Assembly (NCBI GenBank): GCA_903813345.2
Contig: CAIIXF020000001.1
Location: 7,750,001 to 7,814,000 of the forward strand
DNA: 64,000 nucleotides
From: Owenia fusiformis
Lineage: Eukaryota
Direction of reading: 5' to 3'
The notes beneath the pieces were generated by a model, which ran no database searches, was not told the origin of the DNA, and worked only from the letters and a program-made list of their open reading frames with translations. A program made the position numbers and the translations under genes. Shown here one piece after another: positions 25,701 to 38,399 of this stretch. Every line of letters begins with the position of its first letter. Positions within the stretch are counted from its first letter, which is position 1.

Positions 25701-26722
25701 AATTAGGGGTAGAATTTTTTCAGGAATCTGAATCTGCAAATCAAATTTCGATCCGACTTCCGGTTCGGAAGTTATGGCGTTTTAAAAGCTCAAAAATCGC
25801 TAAATTTGGTGCCCTTGTTAAGTCAATGGGAAAAAAAGATTTTTTTGAAGTGAGAAATACGAAATATAGACTGAGTTCAGCTTAATTTAATGAAATCCTT
25901 CAAAAGAAGGGGACCTCAAAAGCCAGTTAGTTTCAAAATTTGGACATCAAAATGCCTAGGTCAAAATCTAGGTCAAATTCAAAGGTTTTCCTTATTTTTG
26001 CGTTTCTGACACTACACTTCAATTATATTCTTCGAAATTGTGTATACATGTAGCCAAGAGTGTTCTAATAGTGTTAGCCTTTTGCCGTCAGAAAGTATTT
26101 TGACCCACTTTTGAGATATGGTGTCCGAAAAGTAGGTCAAAATAAAAAAATCTCCAAATTTAACGTATGAGTTATGAATTTTGTCAGGAATCCAAATCTG
26201 CAATTCAAATTTCGATCCGACTTCCGGTTTGGAAGTTATGACGTGTCCAAAAAGTAGGTCAAAATAAAAAGTTTCCAAATTAACGTATGAGTTATGAATT
26301 AGAGGTAGAATTTTGTCAGGAATCCGAATCTGCAAACCAAATTTGGATCTGACTGCCGGTTTGAAATCGATCTGATGGTATCCTGATAGAAAGTCAAGAG
26401 TAGAGAAGAAAATATTGAAAAATTCATCCATCCTTCCTATCTGATCCTATCCTATCCTTCCTATCTATCCTTCCTTCGTATCTTTTCCTTCCTATCCTAT
26501 CCTATGATATCCTTTCTTCTTATTCTATCCTATCCTTCTTTCTTATTCTATCCTATCGTTCCTTCCTATTCTATCCTATCCTACCTTCCTATTTTATTCA
26601 TCCATCTTTTTTTGGATGACTCAGCTTATTCTGGATGACTCGGCTTATTCTGGATGACTCGGCTAAAAAAGGTCTTAATCTGGAGTCTGAAATTGAACTT
26701 GTTCAATTTCCAAAGTCTAGTT

Positions 26723-27130
26723 ATTTATTCAATCATTTATTTAAGTGTCACCTATCTAAAATAGCCAGCCCTACCTGGGCTTACAAGACTCATTTTACAT
26801 TAGTTGTTACATTTTATACAAATACAAATATAAAATTAGTGCAATTCAGTTCAACATCATTATTGATTTTGATTTTGAAATAAAACACTTTTCCTTATAT
26901 AGACTATTTTTTATAAATACTTTCCAAAACATTTAATATATTTTTTATTTTCAAAGATATTTTTAAAGGAAGTGCCTTTGATTTCCTGAAGAAAAGACTT
27001 TCTAGTTTCTGAATACCTTGAACATTTAAATACAAAATGGGATATATTTTCAATATCATTTGAGTTACAAAGTTGGCACTGTCTTTGGTTTACTGGGGTT
27101 TTCAGTTGGGAAAATCTATTTATAGATATG
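26723..27130 (-). mobile_element. 3' fragment of a non-LTR retrotransposon (RTEX/L2-like)
   Basis: Minus strand 27084-27001 reads RQCQLCNSNDIENISHFVFKCSRYSETR, the C-terminal CCHC finger of LINE ORF2. A TAAA-rich tail lies at ~26723-26743. Confidence 0.65.
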
Positions 27131-28557
27131 ACATTTTTCTAGTCAAAGATAGATAAATATAGAGTTATAAAAATAAGCTAGAATTGTTAAATTAAGTTAT
27201 CTATTGTTTGTCAAAATAGTGTAATTGTTTGTTTAAACTGTGGATTCGCTACCTGGTTCCAAATTAGTGATGGGGAGAGTAGTTCACCCATAAAGACAAG
27301 GTTGTAATACAATCGAAATATGGAAATAAAGTGACACCATTTCAAAAAGGAGTATTATCGACATGGTGAACTTTTTGAGCCCGTGTTTTTCTTAAACCAG
27401 TCATCAAAACATTCTGAAAATTTTACACATTGTCGGTTTAATGGTCACCTTTTGGATGGTAACATTATAATTCGAAATATATATATATATATATATTTAA
27501 TTTATTTATTTATTGTTCAAGTACATTCACACCCCTTGGGTTCAAGTACATGTACTAACAAAAAATATAACAATTATAAAGGAAGGAAAAAGAAGACATT
27601 TACATGTAAAAAAAAAAAATTCATTACTATTATTACTATTAATGATGATGATGCATTGGTGCACTAGAGATATAGCTATTGTACTGGATGTAAATATATA
27701 TTTTGCAACATTTATACAGTTTTGATCTTTACCAGACATCAGATATATAAATGGATTTTCTTGTACTGGCATTTTCATTTTAGACAACATTATACTTCTT
27801 TGTTTATTATATTTCGTACAGTGAAGGAGATAGTGTTCTTCATTTTCTATAATATTGCATGTTTCGCATTTTCTCTCCTTCAGAGGTGTCGGTTTTGGTC
27901 TTGTGTAGCGACCGAGTTCAATTTGGAGATTATGTGCACTTATTCTAAGTTTAGTAAACTCTCTACGCAGGTCAGAACGTTTTATATAATCTAAATAATT
28001 TTCATACTGATAGGCAAAGTTACTTTTGAATGTGTTGTAAGTTCTTATATTATATATACTTTTCTCTATACTATTTTAGAAAACACATCAAACACTTCTT
28101 TTGTTCTTGGTATCATATGATCGGAATGAAATTAAACATCTATCCGAACCTCATTGGAACAAAAAGACATAAACACAACGTGTTTAGATCTCTCAATATT
28201 TTAATTGTACAAAGGATAGTTTGGTTGATTTTAAAAAAGTATCTTGTTAATGAAATAAAAGGTTTATCTTAATTTTTATCTATTTTTGGGGTTTTGTTTT
28301 AAGTTTTTGCATTATTTTTGTTAAATCCTGTGAATAACTATAACATTGAGAGGTCTAAGAAAATGTTGTATATGCTATTTTGTTCCAACAAGGTTCGGAA
28401 AGACATTTTATTTCATTCTCAAGAATTGGTAGAAAGGAACAAAAAACAATTGCACTAAAAATCAAAAAATGTTAACAAAACAGTTATAAAAATTATATAT
28501 AAATAATTTTTGCATTAAATTGTTGCCAATCAGTCAACATTACATAAAGGACCATGT

Positions 28558-29214
28558 TTTTTAGCTCACATGGTGAGCTATTGCAATCACTCACTTGTCC
28601 GTCTGTCTGTCTGTCAGTCTGTCTGTCTGTCCGTCTGTCAACAATTGGTCAGTTTTAAAACCTCTGTCAATAGGATTCCCGTTTTAAGTTATTTTTGTTC
28701 AACATCAATATAGAAAATCCCCCTATGACTCCTGATTCAAAAGCTCGCCTATTTTCAAAATGGCCGCCATTTTTGTCAAAAAATCGGCAAAAAGTTATAT
28801 CTGTTTTTTTATTTTCAGCCATTTTAGTTAACATTGATTTGTCCATATGTCTCGCGAAGTCCACTTTATTGCCTTAAAACCTCTGTCGATAGGATTCCCG
28901 TTTTAAGTTATTTTGTTCAACATCAATACAGAAAACTCCCCTTTGACTCCTGGTTCAAAAGCTTGCCTATTTTCAAAATGGTTGCCATTTTTGTCTTTGC
29001 GAAATTCACTTGTGGTCCATTTCCTAACTTTAAAAATAATTTCAGGTGTCCTGCATTGTAAAAAGCCATGTCACTGTAAAGAGTAGTTGTATGAAATAAT
29101 TTTGTTACAAAAAATCGGCAAAAATTACACCCATTTTTTCATTTATTTTCTGCCATTTTAGCCATTGTTCACTTTTGAGCAACACTATGTGAGCCCAGTA
29201 CCCAAGGTACTATT
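28558..29214 (+). mobile_element. HINE-like element, family C
   Basis: subTIR gctcacat / atgtgagc, 5' hairpin tagctcac-atg-gtgagcta, (TCTG)n microsatellite, internal repeats and 3' stem-loop agtacc-caa-ggtact. Confidence 0.7.
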
Positions 29215-29842
29215 TTTTATTTACAAAATGTTTTCAATAATTGGTTTAAGAGAAAAACATTGTTGAAATCAGTTCACCATATCTATACCTATCCTTTCCT
29301 TGAACTCCCCAGCAAATAATAAACTGATCTTAGTGTAGATTATTTCTACAGTGAATGAGCATGTCAATTGTGCAATTGTGGGATGAAATAATAAAGATAA
29401 AAAATTTTGCAATTCTTGCCTTATTTTAATGCATCTACAATTCAGTACAGAGGATAATCTAAATATTTTAAAAATTGAACCCTTCGAAGACTGTATCATG
29501 CCCCATGTGGGTACGTAAGTACTGGTACAAGGTTCTTTATACAAAGCCTTTTTGGACCATTTGTTTTAAAACCTCCGTCGATAGGACCCTGTTTTAAGTT
29601 ATTTTTGTGCAACATCAATACCAAAAAAATATCTATGACTCCTGTTTCAAAAGCTTGCCTTTTGCCACCATTTTTGTCTTGGAGAATTCACTTTTGGACC
29701 ATTTGGTAGCTTTATAAATAATTTCAGGCATCTTGCGTAAAAAGCCATGTCACTGTAAACAGTAGTTTTATGAAATAATTTTGTTTTAAAAAATCGGCAA
29801 AAAATTATATCCGTTTTTTTTCATTTTCAGCCAATTTAGTTA

Positions 29843-30332
29843 CACCCCAGTCACATTTCAGACGGCCACCATGCGGTCTATCATTTCTGCGGTCAGTAGG
29901 TTTTCTACGCTCGCCGTAGAAATTCTGCGCTCTCATACTTTTGCAGTCACATTTCCCACGGCAGCCGAACGGCGAATTTTAAATTTCTGTTGATAAATAA
30001 TACTTATTTTCATTTTATTCACATCAGGATAATTTATAAAAGTTATTCATAGTGCTAGGATGTAATATCAAATTAAAAGTGTTCGTGAAACATTGACAAA
30101 TAATGATTTAATCTTGTTGAGCCAGTTGATTTCTACAGGCACCGCAGAAATGAACAAATATTATAACTCCGAGTTATAATTTCTACAGCGACCCTGTGGC
30201 CTGTAAAAATCTGCATACGCCGTACGGAGGCCACAAGGCGCCCGTATTTTTTTACGCTCGCCGCAGAAATTCACCGATTTAATTGATCTGCGGTCGACTT
30301 ACGGCCGCCGTGCAACAAATGTGACTGGTTTG
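29843..30332. mobile_element. PIF/Harbinger-like MITE
   Basis: TIR core ccagtcacattt / aaatgtgactgg and TTA TSD. The empty paralogous site ttagttaacattgattt is at ~28824. Confidence 0.75.
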
Positions 30333-30480
30333 TTAACATTGATTTGACCATTTGTCTCTCAGTCAGTCAACAATAGAGGCATGTTTCAAAACCTGGGTCA
30401 ACAAGATGCCTGTTTTGAAGTCCCTCCTGTGAGTCCAGGTTCAGAAGCTTGCCTATTTTCATAGTGACTGCCATTTTAGT

Positions 30481-30597
30481 TCAAGTCCATTTTTGTTCAA
30501 CACAATGTTAAATTGATTAACCTCTTGGAATTTTCATTGTATGATATTAAATGTAATAATATTATATGAACTTGAAATAAAAATGATTAATAAAAAA
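30481..30597 (+). mobile_element. Short 5'-truncated retro-insertion
   Basis: 14-bp TSD actgccattttagt (30467-30480, 30598-30611). AATAAA and an A-rich tail at the 3' end. Confidence 0.7.
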
Positions 30598-31949
30598 ACT
30601 GCCATTTTAGTCGTGGAAAGTTCACTTTTGACAATCAGTAGCTCTATAACTGATTTCAGGTGTGTCCTGCATTGTAAAAAAACATGTCATTGTTGTTAAC
30701 AGTAGTTTGATAAGTTAACTTTGTAAAAAAATTAGCAAAAATTTATATCTGCTTTTTCATTGTCTACCATTTTAGCCATCATGATTCTCTTTTCTCTTTT
30801 TGAGCAAGTCTAGTTTTGAAGATACAAATTTCAAACATCATCCACTTTTCAGGAATATCCTAGATGCAAGTAGAAATAATCTTGATTTATGTCATTAAAA
30901 ATTCAAAATTCAGTCAAACTGATGTCATATTTGGAATCTACATGTAAAATTACATCTATAATTATGGTTTTGACACAGGAAGTTGTATTAAGTCCTTTTT
31001 GGGCCCTAACGGCCTTCTGCCCTCCCCCAATCTCACACAACAGACGAATCTATAAGGATGCCAACAAACATCTAGACCTGAAAAAAAAATGAAATCAAAA
31101 CAAAGTTTTTTACAAGATCCTTGTTCAAAAAGCCTCCAAACTCGCTCAATTTGGAGTAAAAATACTTCTCAATTGAAAAGAAACAAAAAAAGCACGAGCT
31201 GACAGATGCTTAATGACGATATAAGCCCTGCAAAACATCTACCCATCAAAACTCGACGAAATGGAAGGAAATGAAAAATTCAAATATTTACCGACTCTGT
31301 AGCTCCCTTCCTGCTGTAATGTTGCTTTTCAAATTTCGTCTTCTTTTTCCTTTTACGTATTTGACTAGAAATACTGTTATGATTTACCAATATATATTGA
31401 AAATCATGCCGTATTGATAGTTATTTAAAATTTGAATTTTTTGAGAAACTTTTCTTTCAGCGCCCATGACACGTTTACGGATCTAATAATCTTTTGCGAT
31501 TGGATTGGCCAGCCTAAAAGTAGGTCATGATCATTTTTACAATTAAACCGTATTTGAGCATTGAATAACATAAATCAAACCAAGGTAATTCTTAAATGTA
31601 ATTTTAGGAGACAGAAATTATTATTTTATTAATACATTACTTGTTTAATTTGAGAAAAAAATTTTAAGATGGCGGCTGATCTTCAGAATGGCTGCCATTT
31701 TTCATTTTCATTTTCGTAATCTTTGGTAACTCAACTGCCGTTCGGTGGGATTTGCTACTCCGTGGAGTTGCTGTTTTTCTAGTTTAATTTGTATAACTAT
31801 CAGGTACATAAGGGTAATATGAAAAGTGAACCACTAAAACTGATAAATATTCAAGTTTAAGGGAATTTTGTAATACCCTGCCATGTTATTTCCCCCCGAA
31901 TCAGCCACCTGGTGGGGAAACTGGTAACTACCTACTCGCATCTGAGTAA

Positions 31950-32987
31950 TTATCCCATCGAACGAAGTTCGGAGGGATATAGGGAACGCCTCTGTCCGTC
32001 CATCCGTCCGTCCGTACGTCCGTCCGTCCGTCCGTCCGTCCGTCTGTCCGTCCGTCCGGGCAATAACTCAAATACCGTTGGACCGATTTTGTTCATATTT
32101 TTTACACATATACCCTATGGGGGTAGAAGTTCTGCGCGGAAATCGATTTTCAAAATGGCCACTCATTTCAAAATGGCGGCCATTTTAGTGACGATTTTAC
32201 AGTAATTTAGGTGCAATGTGTAAAACTGTAATAGCAATATGTTTTAAATGTAAAGAAATTATAAAGGACATTAATAATGCTACAAATGTAGATATTAAAG
32301 AAGCACATGGCAGCCATCTTGAAAAATGGCGGCCTTTACTCGTCATTTTACGATTTTGGCTGTAACTCAAAAAATAGTGGAGCGATTTTGTTCATATTTG
32401 GTATGTGAATACTATAAGCATTGCACACTGTCTAAAGACACTTTTGGTAGAAGGTGGCCATTTTGAAAAATGGCCGCCATTTTAACACATTTTACTATAA
32501 CTCGAAAAGTAGTAGAGCGATTTTGTTCATATTTGGTATGTGAATACTATAAGCATGGCTCACTGTCTATTTCTAATGATGCTTTTGGTAGAAGGTGGCC
32601 ATTTTGAAAAATGGCTGCCATTTTAACGTATTTTACTATAACTCGAAAAGTAGTGGAGCGATTTTGTTCATATTTGATATGTGAATACTTTAAGCATGGC
32701 ACATTGTCTAGTAAAACTTTGGGGAGTAGTCGGCCATTTTGAAAAATGGCCACCATTTTTATGTGTGTTATTTTACAAGTATGTGTGCGATTTTTCAAAA
32801 ATTTTAGAGGTGGCTACTTAAAACCATATTATTTCTTCTGATGACAACTTGGCTAGTGAGCAACCATTTTGAAAATGGTGGCCTTTCTGGTGTGTTGTTT
32901 TATGATATTTGCGCTTCATTTGTAAAAATGCCAGCCATTTCTGTTCGATGGGATTCGCTACGCTTTGGCGTTGCCGTTGTTCTGGTT
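31950..32987 (+). mobile_element. HINE-like element, family A, uninterrupted copy
   Basis: Same subTIRs, (TCCG)n, tandem units and 3' end as 12352-14847. Confidence 0.8.
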
Positions 32988-33070
32988 GTGAATATAGTCT
33001 AGAAGAAACTTTTGTTTTATGTTTAAATTGAGAAAAACAAGATCCTCTTTTTAGAAAATAAGCTTAACAA

Positions 33071-34519
33071 TTTTATGTCCCCACCACATAGTGTGGGGCC
33101 ATATTGTCTGCCTAGGCGCGTCCGTCTGTCTGTCCGTACGTTCGGTAGTTTTCTCCAAAACCGCTACAGATATCACCTTCAAATTTCCAGGGATAACTTA
33201 TGAGTGCATACAGATGTGGACGAAAGATTTTTAGATCGATACCTACTTCCTGTCGGCCATTTTGAAGTCAAATGCTAAAATCCTTGTCTGCAAACTTTAA
33301 CAAAAACGGCTTCACGGTTGCTTTTTAAACTTTAAAATCTTGTTCAGCTTACTTCATTCTACATCTGATTAGGTTTTGGACCTGTTAGCTCAGGCATGTC
33401 AGCCAATTTTAATGTCTTAAGAAAAGTTAACGCGCGATAATACTTTGTTTCATATTGAACGGTGTTTTTGAGTTTTCATACTTTAACTATTTGGTAACTT
33501 TATATATAATTTCAGGTGTACTTTGCTGTAAAAGCCTATGTTATTGTTAACAGTAGTTATATGTGATAATTTTGTAAAAAGAAATCAGCAAAAACTAATA
33601 ATCACTTTTTTATTGCCGGCCATTTTGAATTTTTCCATCCTAAAATCTTGTCTGTAAAGTCTTGTCTATGCATTTTCAAATTTTCAGGGATGATTCTTAG
33701 TATGAAAATCTAGATCTGATTAGTTTTTTGGCATTCTGGGTAAATGTCAAGGCAGCCATTTTGGATTTTCCGTCCTAAAATCTTGTCTGTAAAGTCTTGT
33801 CTACGCGTTTTCAGATGAACCATTTGGTAGATCAATTTCAAATTTTAGGGATGATTCTTAGTATGGAAATCTAGATCTGATTAGTTTTTTGGCATTCTGG
33901 GTAAATGTCAAGGCAGCCATTTTGGATTTTCCTTCCTAAAATCTTGCCTGTAAAGTCTTGTCTATGTGTTTTCAGGTGAACCGGTTGGTAGATCAATTTC
34001 AAATTTTCAGGGATGATTCCTTGTATTAAAATCTAGAACTGATTAGTTTTTTGGCATTCTGGATAAATGTCAAGGCAGCCATTTTGGATTTTCCGTCCTA
34101 AAATCTTCTGTAAAGTCTTGTCTACGCGTTTTCAGGTGAACCATTTGGTAGATCAATCTCAAATTTTCAGGGATGTTTCTTAGTATGAAAATCTAGAACT
34201 GATTAGTTTTTAGGCATTCTGGGCAAAGATCAAGGTAGCCATTTTGGATTTTTCCATCCTAAAATCTTGTCTGTAAAGTCTTGTTTAGGCGTTTTCTGGT
34301 TTACTGTTTGACGGATCAATTTCAAATTTTCAGGGATGGTTCTTGGAAATCTAGAGCTGACAAATTTTTTGGCATTCTGGGTAAATTTTAAGGTGGCCAT
34401 TTGCATTTTCCATCCCAAAATTGTAATGGTAAAGTCTTGTCTACTACTCATTTTCAGGATAACCATTTGACAGGATCACCCATTGGTGGGGACATATTTT
34501 ACACATTTGTGTACTTGTT
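33071..34519 (+). mobile_element. HINE-like element, family D, with ~165-bp tandem array
   Basis: subTIR atgtccccacca / tggtggggacat, GTCC/GTCT microsatellite, about five ~165-bp units (33620-34460) and 3' stem-loop tacaca-tt-tgtgta. Confidence 0.75.
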
Positions 34520-35130
34520 AAAACTTTGATATCTTGTTCAGCTTACTTCATTCTACATCTGATTAGGTTTCGGACCTGTTAGCTCAGTCATGTCAGCCAT
34601 TTTGAATGTCTTAAGAAAAGTTAGCGCACGATAATACTTTGTATCATATTGAATGGTGTTCTTCAGTTTTCATACTTTAACTATTTAGTAAAAAGTCTTG
34701 TCTACGCATTTTCAGGTGAACCGTTTGGTAGATCAATTTCAAATTTTCAGGGATGATTCTTAGTATGTAAATTTCTAGGTAAATGTCAAGGCAGCCATTT
34801 TGGATTTTCCACCCTAAAATCTTGTCTGTATTGATGATTTGCGATCACCGGATGGATTCTATCTTGTAGTAACGTCACAATTCAAAAATTGAGCAAATCT
34901 GCCAAATTAAGTAGCATCTAATTAAGTGTATCTACAGTACATTTACATGTATGGAAGTTATGTTGTCCTGATTCAATTTGAACTACAATTGTTAATTCAA
35001 CAATTATTATCATTATAGATAAGCAATTTCCATGCCTCAGAATCTTTTTCTCGAATGTTTCACCTACTGGGCATTTATTTGGAGGCCTTCTAAATACTTT
35101 TTCATGGGAAAATACTTTTTCAGACACCCC

Positions 35131-35906
35131 TTTTTGGCTCACACAGTGAGCCTATGAGATCGACCAGGCGTCCGTCCATCCTTTGGTCCGTCTGTCCGTT
35201 GGTCCGTCCATCCGTTGGTCCGTCCGTCCGTCCATCAACATTGGCCGCACAAATTAAAACTGCTATTCGGATTGAGTCATATCCATATTCATTTTATGCA
35301 TATCCATAATGCCTATTTGACCTATCATCGCCATTTCCCAAGTTCGCCCGGTTTCTGAAAAATTGCGGATTTTGACGTCAAAAAGTCAAATTTTCTGTAA
35401 ATACTAGACACTTTGTTGAAGTAGAACTTTCAAATAACTTTTAGTAGTTGCTGTATATGCAACTTATGTCCTCTGAAGATTTCAAAGCTCTTGGAATTAC
35501 AGTTTTTGGTTTTTACTTATAAAATTTGACAAAAAGTAGGACTTCGTCATTTTCAAGAAACTTTCTCATGTATAAAGTCAATGGCAGGTTTTGTGATTGA
35601 CAAGTTTCTCAAAGTTTGCCTAATACTACGTACGTCAAAAAACAGTAAAAATAAGTTATTTTCAACTTGCTTCAATTTGACCAAATTTTTTTGAAAAGGT
35701 CAAAGGTCATCAAACTGAGCTCTGAATTAGTAAAATGTTCAAGGTCAAAGGTCATCAAACTAGGTCACACAACTGTGCTATCTAAGTTTTTCAAAGTTCG
35801 AGACTACAAATCCAAATCAATATTTTTGTTTCAAAGTCAGTATATACCTGTACATTCCTCTGAAGGTTCCAAACTGTGTGAGCACAGGACCATGGGTCCT
35901 TCATTT
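35131..35906 (+). mobile_element. HINE-like element, family E
   Basis: subTIR gctcacacag / ctgtgtgagc, (GTCC)n microsatellite and 3' stem-loop aggacc-atg-ggtcct. Confidence 0.7.
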
Positions 35907-36049
35907 AAATAAATAAATGACCATGGGCCTATAAGCGCGAAACCCCAACACTATTCTGATATAGGGTTGCATAAATTGATACATGACTCATCACTCATTG
36001 GAGCGATTTTATATCATATCGTATATTTTAATTTTTTTGAAAATTGAAA

Positions 36050-37760
36050 GACAGTTTTTAATTGATCCACTCTTGTATATATTTAACTTATCTTTTAAAT
36101 CTGGTATTTTCCCAGACGCCCTCAAATTGGCCAAAGTAACACCTGTATTTAAAAAAGGTGTCACTACAAATCCTTCGAACTATAGACCAATTTCAGTTTT
36201 ATCTGTATTTTCTAAATTGTTAGAAAAGCTCATGTACGCCAAACTCACTGGTTTTTTAGAACGTTTTGAAATTATTTTTACTTATCAATTTGGATTTCAG
36301 AAATTCAACTCTACCTACATGGCCATTTTATATTTCATTGAACAAATTCGAAAATCAACTGATTTGGGGAAAACGAGCATTGGCATAACATTAGATTTTT
36401 CCAAGGCCTTTGACACAATTAATCATGACATTTTGATACAAAAACTTGAATATTATGGCATCAGAGGAATAGCTAAGTCCTGGTTTGAAAGTTATTTAAA
36501 AGACCGCAAACAATATGTCACCATTAACAATTATGAATCTAAACAATCATCTCTAAATTGTGGTGTTCCGCAGGGCTCGGTTCTTGGACCACTATTATTT
36601 ATTCTTTACATAAATGATCTGCCTTTTGTTGCCCCTAATCTAAAATTTATTATGTTTGCTGATGACACCAATCTTCTTGATAGTGATTATGATTTAAATG
36701 AACTTATGACTAGAACTTATGCAAACTTGAATTCAATAGATGACTGGATAAAAGCAAACAAACTTTCACTTAATATTGGCAAAACCAATGCTATTCTATT
36801 TGGACCCCAAAAAAATCAAACAAATCTGAATCTTAAAATACGCAATGAGAACATAAATTTCCGGGAAAAAATTGACTTTCTTGGAATTATTATTGATAAA
36901 AACTTGAAATTTAAAGAGCACATAAAATCTGTTGAAACAAAGATTTCTCGCGTCATTGGTTCTCTTTATCACATTAAACATCTACTTCAAATAGACAGTT
37001 TCAAAACAATTTACTACTCATTGATACACTCTCAATTAAATTATTGCAACATAATCTGGGGTAACACATTTAAATCATTTTATGATCGTCTACATAAACT
37101 GCAGAAACAATTCTTAAGGCTAGCTTTAAATAAGGATAGACTTTCTCACTCCGCTCCCCTATTTAAAGATCTTAGAATATTAAATATTTTTGATGTCAAC
37201 AGATATTGTACTGGTCAGTTCATGTACAAAATCTTTAATAAGCACCCCAGTCTTCCAAAAAATCTATTTCAAGACTTGTTTGATATCAACATTAATATTC
37301 ATCATCATTACACAAGACAATTACATTATTTTCATATCCCTAAATGCTCCAAACTTTCCCTTCGCTATCTGGGTCCTAATCTTTGGAATGCTCTACCACA
37401 TGATATTAAAAAATGCTCCACTCTAAATATTTTCAAATCTTCATATAAAAAACTACTCATCTATCGATAATGTATAATACCAATTTCATACTATACTGTT
37501 GATTTTATACTGGTACCTATTTTTGTAACATTTTTACATTGTACATCCTTAGATTAATTGTTAATACCATTTTTATATACCTACATGTAACATAATATAA
37601 GTGTTTTCTTTTATATGTAGTCTAGTTGTCATTTTAATGATTTCTGTTAAACCGCAACATATACCCACTAGGGTGTCTAGCGGCTTGTTTTTATAGTGTA
37701 TATTATATAAGAATTATGAAATAAATAATTGAATTGAATTGAATTGAAATTGAAAAATTG
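36050..37760 (+). mobile_element. 5'-truncated CR1/L2-group LINE with open reverse transcriptase frame
   Basis: The ORF to 37470 contains NYRPISVL, LDFSKAFDTINH, GVPQGSVLGPLLF and FADD. No endonuclease is present. The 3' UTR ends in AATAAA and an (ATTGA)n tail. aaaattgaaa occurs at both ends (36040-36049, 37754-37763). Confidence 0.92.
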
Positions 37761-38232
37761 AAAAAAAAAAAATTCAACTGATCTGCTCTGGTTACGTTCC
37801 CAGCTCCGGTTACGTTCCTAAGTAATATTTTTAAAACTTTTTTTTTAATTAAACAAATCAGAGTCGTGTGAATAAGAAATAACAGAATTATTCAAAAGTA
37901 TAAGGACTATTCTGTACTTTTTTCAAAAGTCTATACTTAAATGTTGTGAAAAGTAATAATCGAAAAACCATCTTTCGGAGTAAAGTCCGACTGCGCCGAT
38001 TTCAATAACTTCGTACTTGAACAGAACTGGGTTCCAACAGAATTCCTACAAACTCATGAATGAAATAGTTATTGCATGGAATACTTACTTTTGTCAAAAT
38101 CAAAATAGAACTCTAGTTAAAAAATATATTGTGCTAAATTATTGCCATTTCTTAGTAAAATGTCGTTCTCCGGTACGTTGCCAAAATTATTCGATGGTAC
38201 CCCGTGTGTACAGTATATGCATCCTGTTTCAG

Positions 38233-38399
38233 ATAGCAGAAGTCTTGCTTGAGCATGCTTGTGATGCAAATGTCGGTGACTGCTTTGGACACACACCCCT
38301 ACACAGAGTGTCATCTAAAGGTCATAGCAAGGTGTTGAAGTTGTTACTACGCTATAATACCAATGTTAACACAAGAGATAGCCGAGGAAACACACCTCT
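38233..38399 (+). CDS. PSMD10: Gankyrin, next internal exon
   Basis: tttcag|ATA...CCTCT|gtaagt. Translates IAEVLLEHACDANVGDCFGHTPLHRVSSKGHSKVLKLLLRYNTNVNTRDSRGNTPL, continuing the 11597-11743 exon in phase 0. Confidence 0.85.

Larger units (their letters stand above)
15427..26722 (+). mobile_element. Nested stack of HINE-like family B copies
   Basis: Three 5' heads (agactccagatg(t)aaatctggagtct hairpin at 15431, 15492, 15550). Two 3' tails (atctggagtct + stem-loop gaaattgaac-NN-gttcaatttc + tctagtt) end at 24878 and 26722. Internal repeats and CCTAT/CCTT-rich microsatellites are shared. Confidence 0.75.

Noticed and set aside
23640-26431. Repeated similar ORFs (e.g. PEVGSKF.LQIRIPDKI...) suggesting a gene family
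   Set aside because: They are translations of the internal repeats of HINE family B, with no splice or domain support.
35983-36049. ATG and first ~22 codons of the 495-aa RT ORF
   Set aside because: They lie upstream of the apparent LINE truncation point and are chance in-frame flanking sequence, not a real start.
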